From an uncultured cyanobacterium (GTDB lineage Bacteria > Cyanobacteriota > Cyanobacteriia > Cyanobacteriales > Microcystaceae), in contig CAWEDJ010000022.1 in the NCBI GenBank assembly GCA_963807635.1, positions 17,877-81,876 of the forward strand: a stretch of 64,000 nt of DNA, written 5' to 3'. The notes below the pieces were generated by a model. It did not search any database and was not told where the DNA came from. It saw only the letters and a program-made list of their open reading frames with translations. A program made the position numbers and the translations under genes. Shown one piece after another: positions 22,815-33,114 of the stretch (positions are counted from its first letter, which is position 1; the number at the start of each line of letters is the position of its first letter).

Positions 22815-23477
22815 TTATCTCCAAGGTAAAACAGGAGGCGGAGCATGGGAATGTTTTTCAGGCTGATTTAGTCCAGGTAACCAAACTCTCAATCTTTGCC
22901 AAATATGGATAAAAGTCGTTATCACGCCAAACATCTGACTTATTGATATATCTTCTGCTAAGTTGTCATAGAATTGGTAATTGAGTTGATCTTGAATCTC
23001 TTCACATTTCTGTCTAATTTTTTCTAATAAATCTTGAACTTCTGCTTGAGTTTGTGCTTGAGGAAAGTTTTCATAAATTAATAAAAAAGTATCCGCAAAT
23101 AATTGCAATGAGAATGGTTCATCAACATAACAGTTTATTGCATCTGAATATCCCCACCAAATTCCTCCCTGTTTTGCGACACTTTCTCCTAATTCTACGG
23201 CGGTATGACAAGCAAAAATATAAGCACTTCGTTTCTCTAAAATGAAAGCATCGTCAATAGATAATGCAATTTGACTATCTTGAGCGCGTAAGATATTAGT
23301 GTCACCATGTGACATTGCAAAAAGAGGTGAGTCAGTATTCTTCAAAAAATCCAATAAATTATCTCTAGTTGCCTGTTTTTCAAGGAGAATAACAAAATTA
23401 GAGGGGAATTTGAAGGTTTGAGCAAGATTAAAATTAGATTGAGTCGCTTCATCGTAAGCAGGCACAAAAACAATCAT
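22815..23477 (-). CDS. Putative clan-CD (caspase/gingipain-fold) cysteine protease
   Basis: LLEKQATRDNL, FAMSHG (His), YIFACHT (Cys), then LG....GG.WWGY pattern. Confidence 0.65.
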   Translation of the reverse strand: MIVFVPAYDEATQSNFNLAQTFKFPSNFVILLEKQATRDNLLDFLKNTDSPLFAMSHGDTNILRAQDSQIALSIDDAFILEKRSAYIFACHTAVELGESVAKQGGIWWGYSDAINCYVDEPFSLQLFADTFLLIYENFPQAQTQAEVQDLLEKIRQKCEEIQDQLNYQFYDNLAEDISISQMFGVITTFIHIWQRLRVWLPGLNQPEKHSHAPPPVLPWR

Positions 23478-24246
23478 TGATTATTTCTCCTTTTGGCCAT
23501 ACTTTTGAGAAAATCTCTTGATACTCTTAAGACATCTGAAGCATATTGAAGACCAATTTCTGAACCTGATTCTATTTCATGAGAGATTTCTTCAGCAGTT
23601 AAAGTTCTTCCTTGGGATGTTTTCCAAAGGACAGTATCTGATGGTACAACTTCATTAACTAAACCAGCAAAAACTTTTAGATTAATATTAGAAGCTACAT
23701 CTTCTTTCTGTATTAAAAGCTTATTAATACCTTCAATAAAATCTTTTAAAGAGGAAGAAGATTTCATTGCTTCATCAATATTGATATGTTTTAAAAAGTC
23801 CCATTCGGAATATTTTTCACCAAATATCACTTTCGCGATCGCTTTATTTTTATTGTCCGAAATTTCATCTGGGGCAGGCAAGTCTTCGATTAATTTTTTT
23901 CCCCAGTCCGACTTGACATATTTTATCGCAGTTTTTTTATCTGCAAATAACCAAGAAGTAACATCAGGAACTGCATAAAATAAGGTTATAAAAGAATTAA
24001 ATTGATTATCGATTTTTGATTTTAGATCAGAGTCACAAAATTTTTCCAGATCAACACTAACCAGTACAGCATAATTTTTTGCTATATTTTGGCCAGATTA
24101 TTGACAAATTTAATAATATTTTGTCTCCCTCTCATTGGTGTTACAACAATCTGCTCAGAAGAGATTTTCGCCGCCTGAAAAATCCACTGAATCAATTGGG
24201 CATCAGCAGAGTTTTCAACTAACAAAGTAAGATAGTTATTAGACAT
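23474..24246 (-). CDS. DUF4276/TOPRIM-like protein with helical C-terminal extension; frameshift ~24085
   Basis: Manual translation MSNNYLTLLVENSAD...VLVSVDLE...FYAVPDVTSWLFAD...SSSLKDF; ATGA overlap with the downstream gene. Confidence 0.6.
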
Positions 24247-24318
24247 CGTTTTTCATATTGAAACAACTAGAATTTTAACTAATTTGATTAATTTTGGCTT
24301 GTCTAACCATACCAAACC

Positions 24319-25203
24319 TTACCAATTGCGCCAGCCGCCTTTTTCCGAATCCTCCAGCTTATTTGACCGTAAACCGATGCGATCGCCTTTTAAAAGATCC
24401 TGATAGGCTTGGGTCGTGGCCCAGCGATCGATTTCCTTGGCTCGGAGAACGGGGACAGGATGGGTCAACTGTTCAGTTTGCATGGATTTGAGCATCGCGC
24501 CTAGTTCATTATCACTGATGCTATGGTAATCCCTCGCTTGGTCGATAAAAGCGTCTAGATTTAATTGGGGAGCCAGGGTCGGAGATCCTCCCGCTAATTT
24601 CATCAAGACCGACATCACAATTTTGGGGTCTTGAACGGCTAATAAGGCCGCGCGATCGCAACTAAATTCTGCACAACGCACCCATTCCAACATTTGTCCC
24701 TGGAGAGATTGGGCTACCACCGTTCCCCAACTGGGCAAAAGTCCTGCCGCTAAAACTAGAATATTCGCCAAGGTCAGATAAACCCCATGCTCACACTTGA
24801 GATGGCCCAACTCATGGGCGATCACCGCCTGAATTTCTTCGGGAGTCAGCATATCGATCAGAGAAGTATGCAGCACAATAAAAGGCTGTTTTCCCCGCAT
24901 TGCAAAGGTATAAGCATTGGGGACAGGATTTTGCTGGATATACATTTCGGGCGGCTCTAGATCCAAGACCCGACAGGCATCTAATAATAATTGATGAAGA
25001 TGGGGCAGTTGCTTTTCACTGATCCGTACACTGGAGGCTAAATTATTGAGGGCAAAAAACTGTTCTGCAACGGAACCCAATAGGCTACGCACCGCTAAAT
25101 CCATTCCAGGTAATTGTTTGAGGGTGTTAGTGGCTTCTCGGTCTAGGGGATGGCGAAATTGATCGGCTTTGAGTCCCAGTAATAAGGTTGGAGTGAATCC
25201 CAT
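24319..25203 (-). CDS. M48-family zinc metallopeptidase
   Basis: PNAYT, HELGH, EFSCDRAA, THP. Confidence 0.92.
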   Translation of the reverse strand: MGFTPTLLLGLKADQFRHPLDREATNTLKQLPGMDLAVRSLLGSVAEQFFALNNLASSVRISEKQLPHLHQLLLDACRVLDLEPPEMYIQQNPVPNAYTFAMRGKQPFIVLHTSLIDMLTPEEIQAVIAHELGHLKCEHGVYLTLANILVLAAGLLPSWGTVVAQSLQGQMLEWVRCAEFSCDRAALLAVQDPKIVMSVLMKLAGGSPTLAPQLNLDAFIDQARDYHSISDNELGAMLKSMQTEQLTHPVPVLRAKEIDRWATTQAYQDLLKGDRIGLRSNKLEDSEKGGWRNW

Positions 25204-25366
25204 AGAAATAAAAAAAGATGGATAGGAGTGGTTTGTAATGGCTCACTTCTCATTTTACAAAATTTTACAAACAATTTAATAAGATAGGTAAGGTCGCTTC
25301 TTTTTCAAGAAATTAAGGACGAGGAAGGGCGATCACGTAGATTTAGCAAAATTTATTGAGATTTTT

Positions 25367-26269
25367 TTGATCGTGAAACCCTTTTTTTTTCCTGATTCTG
25401 CTAGTCATTTTGCTTGGTTTAGACTTCTCGGTTTTAAGGGATCGGTCATTCCCGCAATTTTACCCAGGGTTGCTATTTGTATGATTTTCGCGATCGCCGT
25501 TACGGTCGGTCATTTTCTTGGATGGAAACTCTCTATGTCTTTTCAAGTTGTGCCGAGTATTGTCATCGGTTTATTACTGGTTTTTCGGACAAATACAGCC
25601 TATGAAAGGTTTTGGGAAGGTCGTAAAGCCTGGGGAACATTGATTAATACCGTGCGAAATCTTTCCCGTTCTATTTGGATTGCGATCAGAGAACAGGAAC
25701 CAACTGATCGCCAGGAAAAAATTGTTGTTCTACGGCTTTTAGTGGCCTTTGCGATCGCAACTAAACTCCATTTACGCTCCGAAAATCTTGGTCAAGAAAT
25801 TGCTGATTTTCTTCCCAAGGACTATTACGAAAAACTCCAAACCATGAATAATCCTCCGCTAGAAATTGCTTTTTGGATTGGAGATTATCTTCAAAAAAAA
25901 TATGAAAAAGGTCGCATTCATCCTTATCAATTATCAGCAATGTTGAAATTACTAGACAGCATGGTTGATGTCTTAGGTATTTGTCAAAGAATTCTTAAAA
26001 CCCCCATTCCCCTCGCCTATATCATTCATTTACGCCAATTAATTTTCCTCTATTGTTTTACGGCTCCCTTTGAACTGATTAATAATTTAGGCTGGCTAAC
26101 TCCTTTATTTGTGGGAGTGATTGCGTTTACCGTATTCGGGATTGAAGAAATTGGGGTAGAAATCGAAAATCCCTTCGGTCATGATGCCAATGATTTACCC
26201 CTCGATCAAATCTGTCGCACCATGCAAGTCAATATTGATGATCTGATTCGGGTCGGTTCTCAAGACTAA
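25367..26269 (+). CDS. Bestrophin-family (YneE/UPF0187) anion channel
   Basis: LLVFRTNTAYERFWEGRKAWG, IENPFGHDANDLPL. Confidence 0.93.
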   Translation: MIVKPFFFPDSASHFAWFRLLGFKGSVIPAILPRVAICMIFAIAVTVGHFLGWKLSMSFQVVPSIVIGLLLVFRTNTAYERFWEGRKAWGTLINTVRNLSRSIWIAIREQEPTDRQEKIVVLRLLVAFAIATKLHLRSENLGQEIADFLPKDYYEKLQTMNNPPLEIAFWIGDYLQKKYEKGRIHPYQLSAMLKLLDSMVDVLGICQRILKTPIPLAYIIHLRQLIFLYCFTAPFELINNLGWLTPLFVGVIAFTVFGIEEIGVEIENPFGHDANDLPLDQICRTMQVNIDDLIRVGSQD

Positions 26270-26374
26270 CGATTCTTTCTGGTTCAAGTTAAAAAGGCGA
26301 TCGCATTCACAGAAAAGTAATTATGCTGTACAATCAATCCGAAAACAGTTATAAGCATTTTATCAAGAAAATAT

Positions 26375-27601
26375 ATGAAACGTTTTATTCTCCTGGGAAC
26401 CAGCCTTTTAGCCGCTTCAAGCCTACTAATCACAGCCTGTGGTCAGAATACTCCGACGGTTTCTAACAGTCCCAAAGCCACCACTCAGCCGACCGAAACA
26501 AGCAGTAAGGAAATTCCCATTGGAATCGCCCTTGCCCAGACCAGTAACGTTGCCCTCTTAGGTCAGGAAGGGGTTGCAGGGAGCAAAATTGCCGAAAAAT
26601 ACTTTAATGACAAGGGTGGCATCAATGGAACCCCCATTAAATTAGTTGTACAAGATACAGGAGGAGATGAAGCAGGAGCAATCAACGCTTTTCAAACCCT
26701 GATCACCCAAAATAAAGTCGCTGGTATTGTCGGGCCAACCCTTTCCCAGCAAGCGTTTAGTGCCGATCCCGTTGCGGAACGTGCCAAAGTTCCCGTGATC
26801 GCCGCGTCTAATACGGCCAAAGGGATTCCCGAAATCGGAGACTATATTGCCCGTGTGTCTTCTCCTGTGACGGTGGTTGCGCCCAATTCGGTCAAAGCGG
26901 CTTTGAAAATCAATCCTAATATTAAAAGAGTGGCGGTTTTCTTTGCTCAAAATGATGCCTTTAATAAATCGGAAACCGAAGTTTTTCAAAAAACGGTTAA
27001 AGATCAGGGTCTAGAGCTGGTTACCGTGCAGAAATTTCAAACTACCGATACGGATTTTCAAACCCAGGCGACTAGTGCTTTGAATCTTAAACCCGATTTA
27101 ATTATTATTTCTGGATTAGCCTCTGATGGCGGAAATTTAGTCCGACAACTGCGAGAATTAGGTTACAAGGGTTTAATTATTGGCGGGAATGGTTTAAATA
27201 GTTCTAATATTTTTGCGGTCTGTAAAACTCAATGTAATGGGGTGTTAGTGGCCCAAGCCTATAGTCCTGCTCACAAAAATGCGGTGAATGAGGCTTTTCG
27301 TGAAACTTATTTGAATCAATATAAAAAACAGCCTCCCCAATTTAGCGCACAAGCTTTCGCCGCCGTACAGGTTTATGTGGAAGCTCTGCAAGCTCTGGAT
27401 AAAAAGACTCCTATTAAAGATCTTTCCTTGGAGCAATTACGCACTGATTTAAATAAACAATTACTCACAGGAACCTACGATACGCCTATTGGATTGATTT
27501 CTTTTTCTCCGACGGGGGAAGTTAATCAAAAAGATTTTTATGTTGCGGAAATGAAGGTAGATAAGGATGGTAATAATGGACAATTTGTTTACTTAAAATA
27601 G
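26375..27601 (+). CDS. Branched-chain/neutral amino acid ABC transporter substrate-binding lipoprotein (LivJ/NatI-like)
   Basis: Lipobox ITAC, GGING.PIKLVVQD, IVGPTLSQQA; partner genes at 31.1-34.6 kb. Confidence 0.9.
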   Translation: MKRFILLGTSLLAASSLLITACGQNTPTVSNSPKATTQPTETSSKEIPIGIALAQTSNVALLGQEGVAGSKIAEKYFNDKGGINGTPIKLVVQDTGGDEAGAINAFQTLITQNKVAGIVGPTLSQQAFSADPVAERAKVPVIAASNTAKGIPEIGDYIARVSSPVTVVAPNSVKAALKINPNIKRVAVFFAQNDAFNKSETEVFQKTVKDQGLELVTVQKFQTTDTDFQTQATSALNLKPDLIIISGLASDGGNLVRQLRELGYKGLIIGGNGLNSSNIFAVCKTQCNGVLVAQAYSPAHKNAVNEAFRETYLNQYKKQPPQFSAQAFAAVQVYVEALQALDKKTPIKDLSLEQLRTDLNKQLLTGTYDTPIGLISFSPTGEVNQKDFYVAEMKVDKDGNNGQFVYLK

Positions 27602-27605
27602 GCTC

Positions 27606-27700
27606 TATGGCGGTATGCAATGGAATGAGGTAGGGAAAAGGTTTTTAAACGACTTGTTTATGAATATTGAGAATACTTTACTCATGTGAATACCGCTATA
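27606..27700. repeat. Palindromic element, copy 1 (conserved arms, variable centre)
   Basis: TATGGCGGTATGCAATGGAATGAG...AATACTTTACTCATGTGAATACCGCTATA. Confidence 0.85.
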
Positions 27701-27749
27701 GTAGAGATGTTTGTGAAAAAATAGTAATTAGAGTTAGTAAGGTATAAAA

Positions 27750-29617
27750 ATGACTGATCATTTTCAATTAGCAGAAGAGTTTTTTAAGCAAGGGGAATTT
27801 GAGAAGGCTTGCGAAGAATATGAACAAGCTATCCTCCTTCAATCGGATCATGTGGAAGCTTACATCAGCTGGGGAGATGCGTTATTTAATCTCAAGAACT
27901 ATGAAGAAGCAATCACTAAATATAAAGAGGTAATAAAACTTAATCTCGATTATGTTGCTGAAGCTTACAACAGACTGGGGAGATGCGTTATTTAATCTCA
28001 AGAACTATGAAGAAGCAATTACTAAATATCAAGAGGTAATAAAACTTAATCTCGATTATGTTGCTGAAGCTTACAACAGACTGGGGAGATGCGTTATTTA
28101 ATCTCAATGAATATGAAGAGGCAATTAAAAAATATAATCAAGCTCTAGACAAGAATTCTGATCACTTTCTTTCTTCTTATAATATTGCTCTTGTTTATTG
28201 GAGGCAAGGTGCTTATAAAGATGCACGAAAAAGGTGGAATTCTGCGGCTGAAATTTATGAGGGTTTACAATCCAAAGCAGAACAGGATAAAAATGCCGAT
28301 CATTTCTTTATTTATGGCAGTATACTTGAAGATTTAAACGAATTGGATCGAGCCGAAAATATATATAAAAAAGGACTAGAAATTGATCCCAATAATATAG
28401 ATATTTTGACAAGGTTAGTCGATTTTTATCTTGATAAAAAAGAGCAAGAAGTGGATGATTCTTCTCCGTCCTGTTTGGTTAAAGCTAGACAATATTATCT
28501 TAAAGCTCGTAATTGTTTGAAAGATGAACTTAATAAATTAGAAGATACAACGACTCTACTCACACTAGCTAAACTTCACCTTAGTATGGATGAGTATCAA
28601 GAAGCTGAAAGTTACCTTTTAAAAGCCCTTGAAAAAGAGAGTGATGTTGCAGATATTTATACCAGTTTAGGAACCCTATCTATTAGGAAAGAAAGCTTTA
28701 GAGACGCGACTGATTATTTTAAAAAAGCTCTTAAAATCGCGCCATACGATCTCGATATTTGGAGTAAACTTGCTGAAGCTTATCTAAAACTCAAACAACT
28801 TTCACAGGCAGAAAGTGAGTATCGTAAAATCTTAGGTATTGCTCCCTGTCACGTCGAATCTCACATCGGACTAGGGGAAGTTTATGTTGAAATGGGAGAT
28901 GAAGGAGAATCAGATCTTTATAGTCAAGCCATTAAGCATTTTGATAAAGCAATTAAAATTAGTAATCAACGAGAAGGATCTAAGATTCTTAATAAGAAAG
29001 AATTATCTGGAATTTACTATTTAAGAGGTTACGCAAGAGTGAAAATTTATGAAAATTCTGTAGGAATAAAAGATAGCTATTTATTATTAGAAGCACAGGG
29101 AGATTTTGCAAAATGTATTGATAAAGATCCTGAAAATAATAAAGGAATCACAGCACATAAAAAAGTTGAAAAACAGATGGAAATTCAAACAATCCAAAGC
29201 TTTACCACTATTTTCGGTTCAGGAATTATATGGTTTTCATCAATCCTTATTTTAGGGATAACTAATCTAGTCTTTTGGCAACCTTTTTTAAGCAATAATC
29301 AGAATAATAAAGTATCAGTTTCTCAACCATCACCACAAGCAATACAAACACCAAAACCAAACGCATCTCCCAACTCGAAAAACTCTACGCAATCTCAAAC
29401 AAAGATCGGTGTAAATAAAACATCAGAACCCAATAGAATTAATACAACAGAATATTTTCTATTAACTTTCGGTTCATTAACCTTTAGTCTGATCAGCTTA
29501 TATCTGCCTCAACTTTTGAAACTTAAAATTGGAGGCACAGGTATAGAAATTGAAAAAAGTTCTATTGATCAAATCAAAACATCCCAAATTCCAACCTCTT
29601 TGGGAATTAAAAAATAA
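27750..29617 (+). CDS. TPR-repeat protein with C-terminal TM segments; 5' part broken by two +1 shifts inside tandem repeats
   Basis: Repeated AY..WGDALFNL..YEEAI..Y TPR motifs; ORFs 27750-27995 and 28058-29617. Confidence 0.8.
27869..28107 (+). repeat. 106-bp tandem repeat (~2.3 copies) in the TPR gene
   Basis: CTGGGGAGATGCGTTATTTAATCTCAA starts at 27869, 27975 and 28081. Confidence 0.92.
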
Positions 29618-29627
29618 TTCAATCTCT

Positions 29628-29708
29628 GATAGCGGTATGCAATTGAATGAGAGACAAGGAATTTAATATAAAAACTGGAAATACTTTACTAATGTGAATA
29701 TCGCTATA
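29628..29708. repeat. Palindromic element, copy 2 (same orientation as copy 1)
   Basis: GATAGCGGTATGCAATTGAATGAG...AATACTTTACTAATGTGAATATCGCTATA. Confidence 0.85.
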
Positions 29709-29721
29709 TCTCTGAGAGATA

Positions 29722-31020
29722 TTAAGCAACCCATAAATGTTGGGCAAAACGAACCGACATTAAAACTAATAATAATCCAAAAAATCCCATTACATTAAAA
29801 CCCCAACGAGGATGACGAGATAGGAGAAACCCAAAGGCAATACTGGCTGAAATAATGCCATAAACGTAGCGATTCAAAGAAGAAGTTCCTCCAGAAGCAA
29901 TCAACATTCCTAATCCACAAAATCCGTAATTCACAACCACTAGGCTCAAGTCTTTTCTCAATTTCCAGAGTAAATAAATTGAGCCTAAAACCGATACCGT
30001 ATTAAGGAGGGGATCGCCCACCAGTATCCACAAAACCATAAACAGAAAAAAGTAGCCGTAATCCACAAATTTAGAGCCAATCTTTTCTTTAAATCTCCAT
30101 AACAACCATCCCAATAAACAAATTATCCCAAAGATTAAGGGATGAGTAATATCCTTTAATCCACCAGCATTCCAATTGCTTCCCCCTGCCAAAATTTCTA
30201 CAATCATCCGTGACCATTCTGCCCCATCCAAACCCCGACTCCGATCCCATTGACTGTATTGAACCGTAATAAAAGCGAGGGGATCGCCAAAGGTGAACCA
30301 ACAATAAATGCCATAAACCATTACTCCCGTTGCCGTACTAAGGCTGGCAAGATAGGCAGATAAGGGGTATTTTCGGAAAAAAGCGGTTAATAACAAGGCA
30401 GGAATAATAGCTAATCCTGTCACTCGCGACGCGGTTGCCAAACTTCCCCACAAAGCCGATCGCCAAAAGGATTGACGGTCAAAATCTCTGAGGGCGGCAG
30501 TACTAAACAACAGAAATAACCCTTCGCTATAGACCACACTGCAAAAAAGAGAAAGGGGACACCAGGCCAAAACCGCCGTACTCCACCGTGCCGCCTGGAT
30601 TCCGTTGGAAGATTTCACCCAATCATAGACCAACACCAGGGTTCCTAAAAAAGCCAGATGATTGAGAAGGGTTCCTGCGATCGCGGTAGAAATGCCGAGC
30701 TTGCTTAATAAATAAATGGCGACGGGAAATAGGGGAAAAAAAGCAACATTCGCGCCAGGTTGCTGGTTTTCTAGGATCTCGTAGCCAGAATTAGCAATTT
30801 TTTCGTAAAACGTACTATCCCATGCAGAAAAAACCTCCCAACCAAAATGGGCTTGAATGCCTCCTTCTGGGGCGGGGAGGAGCGGCGCAATCAACAACAT
30901 TGCCACTAAAATTACCATGCGACTGAGTAGCCACATATACACAGGAAACGCCAGACTGTCTTTATTGATTAGACCCAGTTTAGCGGGAAATTTTAGCTCT
31001 GATGTTGCCGATTTAGACAT
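29722..31020 (-). CDS. GT-C mannosyltransferase (PIG-V/Mannosyl_trans2-like)
   Basis: WDSTFYEKIANSGY, AFFPLFP, YSEGLFL, multiple TM helices. Confidence 0.85.
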   Translation of the reverse strand: MSKSATSELKFPAKLGLINKDSLAFPVYMWLLSRMVILVAMLLIAPLLPAPEGGIQAHFGWEVFSAWDSTFYEKIANSGYEILENQQPGANVAFFPLFPVAIYLLSKLGISTAIAGTLLNHLAFLGTLVLVYDWVKSSNGIQAARWSTAVLAWCPLSLFCSVVYSEGLFLLFSTAALRDFDRQSFWRSALWGSLATASRVTGLAIIPALLLTAFFRKYPLSAYLASLSTATGVMVYGIYCWFTFGDPLAFITVQYSQWDRSRGLDGAEWSRMIVEILAGGSNWNAGGLKDITHPLIFGIICLLGWLLWRFKEKIGSKFVDYGYFFLFMVLWILVGDPLLNTVSVLGSIYLLWKLRKDLSLVVVNYGFCGLGMLIASGGTSSLNRYVYGIISASIAFGFLLSRHPRWGFNVMGFFGLLLVLMSVRFAQHLWVA

Positions 31021-31174
31021 GAGTTAATCTCAGAAAGAAAAAGTAAATAATTGAGATCTTGTTGAGATCCCATATTAAGATTAAAGCGGCGTAAATAATC
31101 TATCAAATTGCCCATAATTCTTGACAATATTGTAAAATAATTAATTCTAATCTCCCTTGATCCGACAAAATACG

Positions 31175-32124
31175 ATGGATATATCCCTACTTCTCCAAAA
31201 TTTCTTGAATGGTTTATCGATTGGTAGCATTTATGCAATTTTTGCCCTGGGTTATACCCTGATATTTTCCATTTTAGGGATTATTAATTTTGCTCATGGT
31301 GCATTATTTACCCTGGGAGCCTATTTTACCTATGCTTTAATGGGGGAAGCGTTTGGTTTTAATGGCTTACTTGCGAATTTACAATTACCCATAAAACTAC
31401 CTTTTTTTCTCGCTTTATTGATCGGTAGTACGCTTGCAGGTTTCGTCGGGGTAGCAATTGAATATATTGCCTTTCGTCCCCTCAGAAAACGAAAAGCTGA
31501 TTCCCTATTAACGGTGGTATCCAGCTTAGGAGTTGCTTTAATTATTGTCAATTTAATTCAATATTTAGTCGGGGCTGAAAGTTATACGTTTCCGAGTAAT
31601 ACCTATGGGAGTTTACCTGCCGCGATTAACTTTGGGTCAGTCGATAAGCCGATCCCGATTCGGACTGTACAAATTGTGATTTTTGTGGTGTGTGGGAGCA
31701 TTTTAAGTCTGCTCACCTATGCCATTAATTTCAGTCGATTTGGGAAAGCGATGCGGGCTGTTGCCGAGGATCAAGTAACGGCTAGTTTACTCGGTATTAA
31801 TACCAATTTATTTATTGTCTCAACTTTTTTTATTAGTAGTTTTTTGGCGGGATTAGCAGGAACCTTAGTGGGATCTAGTGTGAGTATTTCTGCCCCTATT
31901 TGGGAATTACTTTTGGATTAAAAGGGTTAGCTGTCATTGTGTTAGGGGGGTTAGGTAGTATTCCAGGGGCGGTTTTAGGGGGATTGCTCATTGGGATCAC
32001 CGAAGCCTTTGTTCCTGCTGATTATTCTGCCTATAAAGATGCTGTTGCTTTTAGTATTTTATTAATCATGTTATTAATTAAACCAGAGGGATTATTAGGT
32101 CGTCGCTTTATTCAAAAAGTTTAA
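31175..32124 (+). CDS. livH: Branched-chain amino acid ABC permease; frameshift ~31895
   Basis: GSIYAIFALGYTLIF, INFAHG, GKAMRAVA, VLGGLGSIPGA. Confidence 0.88.
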
Positions 32125-32157
32125 ATTTTTTAAATTATTGTTGAATTGTCAAAGTCT

Positions 32158-33114
32158 ATGGTTAATTTACTCAACGATTATGCTCCTTTAATCATTTCGA
32201 TGATACTAGGAGCTTTGTTAGGAATTTCTTTATATTTACCTCTCATGACGGGACAATTATCCCTAGCCAGTCCAGGTTTTTATGCGGTTGGGGGTTATGT
32301 TGCGGCAATTTTTTCCACCAAAATTTTTCCCACATCGGGATTATATCCCTGGTATTTATTATTATTAGAAATGGTTGTTGCCGCTTTAATCAGTACCTTG
32401 CTCGGCTTAGTGGTAGGAATTCCTGTTTTACGGCTAAGGGGAATTTATTTGGCGATCGCGACTATTGCCTTTGTGGAAGTGTTGCGAATTTTTTCCTTGA
32501 ATTTAGAGATTACAGGGGGAGCGGTGGGTCTTTTTGGGATTCCCCAGCCGTTTAATAATACGTTGGAATATCTTTGGGTTGTGTTACCCCTATTAATGAT
32601 GAGTGGTGTCATTCTTTATCGACTCGAAAATATCCGAGTGGGTAAGGCTTTTATTGCTATTAGGGAAGATGAATTAGCCGCCGAAGCAATGGGAATTGAT
32701 CCCACCCATTATAAGGTTCTAGCTTTTACGTTAGGGGCAATTTTAGCGGGAGTTTCAGGCGTGATTGCGGCTCATTTTTTAAATACCTGGAATGCTCGTC
32801 AAGGAACTTTTGATGCTAGTATTATTTATTTAACATCGGTTTTAATCGGGGGAACCAGAACCTTTGTTGGCCCCATTTTAGGCGGTATGATGTTCACGGC
32901 TTTACCTGAAATTCTGCGATCGCTGGCGAATATTCCTAATTTACCCCTTTGGTTAGTCGGCTTTTTTAAAGATGGCCGTCTGATTATTTTTGGGGTTTTG
33001 ATTGTGATAGGAACGCTCTTTTTTCCCCAGGGATTAGTGACTCCTGATTTATTCAATAATTTTTCCAAACTAATGCGTACTGGGTTGAATAAAGTGAGAT
33101 TAAAGAAAATATGA
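32158..33114 (+). CDS. livM: Branched-chain amino acid ABC permease
   Basis: GQLSLA, LRLRGIYLAIAT, AIREDELAAEAMGI. Confidence 0.88.
   Translation: MVNLLNDYAPLIISMILGALLGISLYLPLMTGQLSLASPGFYAVGGYVAAIFSTKIFPTSGLYPWYLLLLEMVVAALISTLLGLVVGIPVLRLRGIYLAIATIAFVEVLRIFSLNLEITGGAVGLFGIPQPFNNTLEYLWVVLPLLMMSGVILYRLENIRVGKAFIAIREDELAAEAMGIDPTHYKVLAFTLGAILAGVSGVIAAHFLNTWNARQGTFDASIIYLTSVLIGGTRTFVGPILGGMMFTALPEILRSLANIPNLPLWLVGFFKDGRLIIFGVLIVIGTLFFPQGLVTPDLFNNFSKLMRTGLNKVRLKKI

Noticed and set aside
22776..24302. 13-bp direct repeat AATTWYGGCTTGT flanking the TOPRIM/protease pair
   Set aside because: 11/13 match in AT-rich DNA could be chance; not used as evidence
26316..26332. NtcA box upstream of the amino-acid binding protein gene
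   Set aside because: GTA-TAC spacing is 9 rather than 8
27869..28107. Possible CRISPR array or DGR template/variable repeat
   Set aside because: Units are contiguous coding TPR repeats with no unique spacers; differences are not adenine-specific; no reverse transcriptase or cas genes
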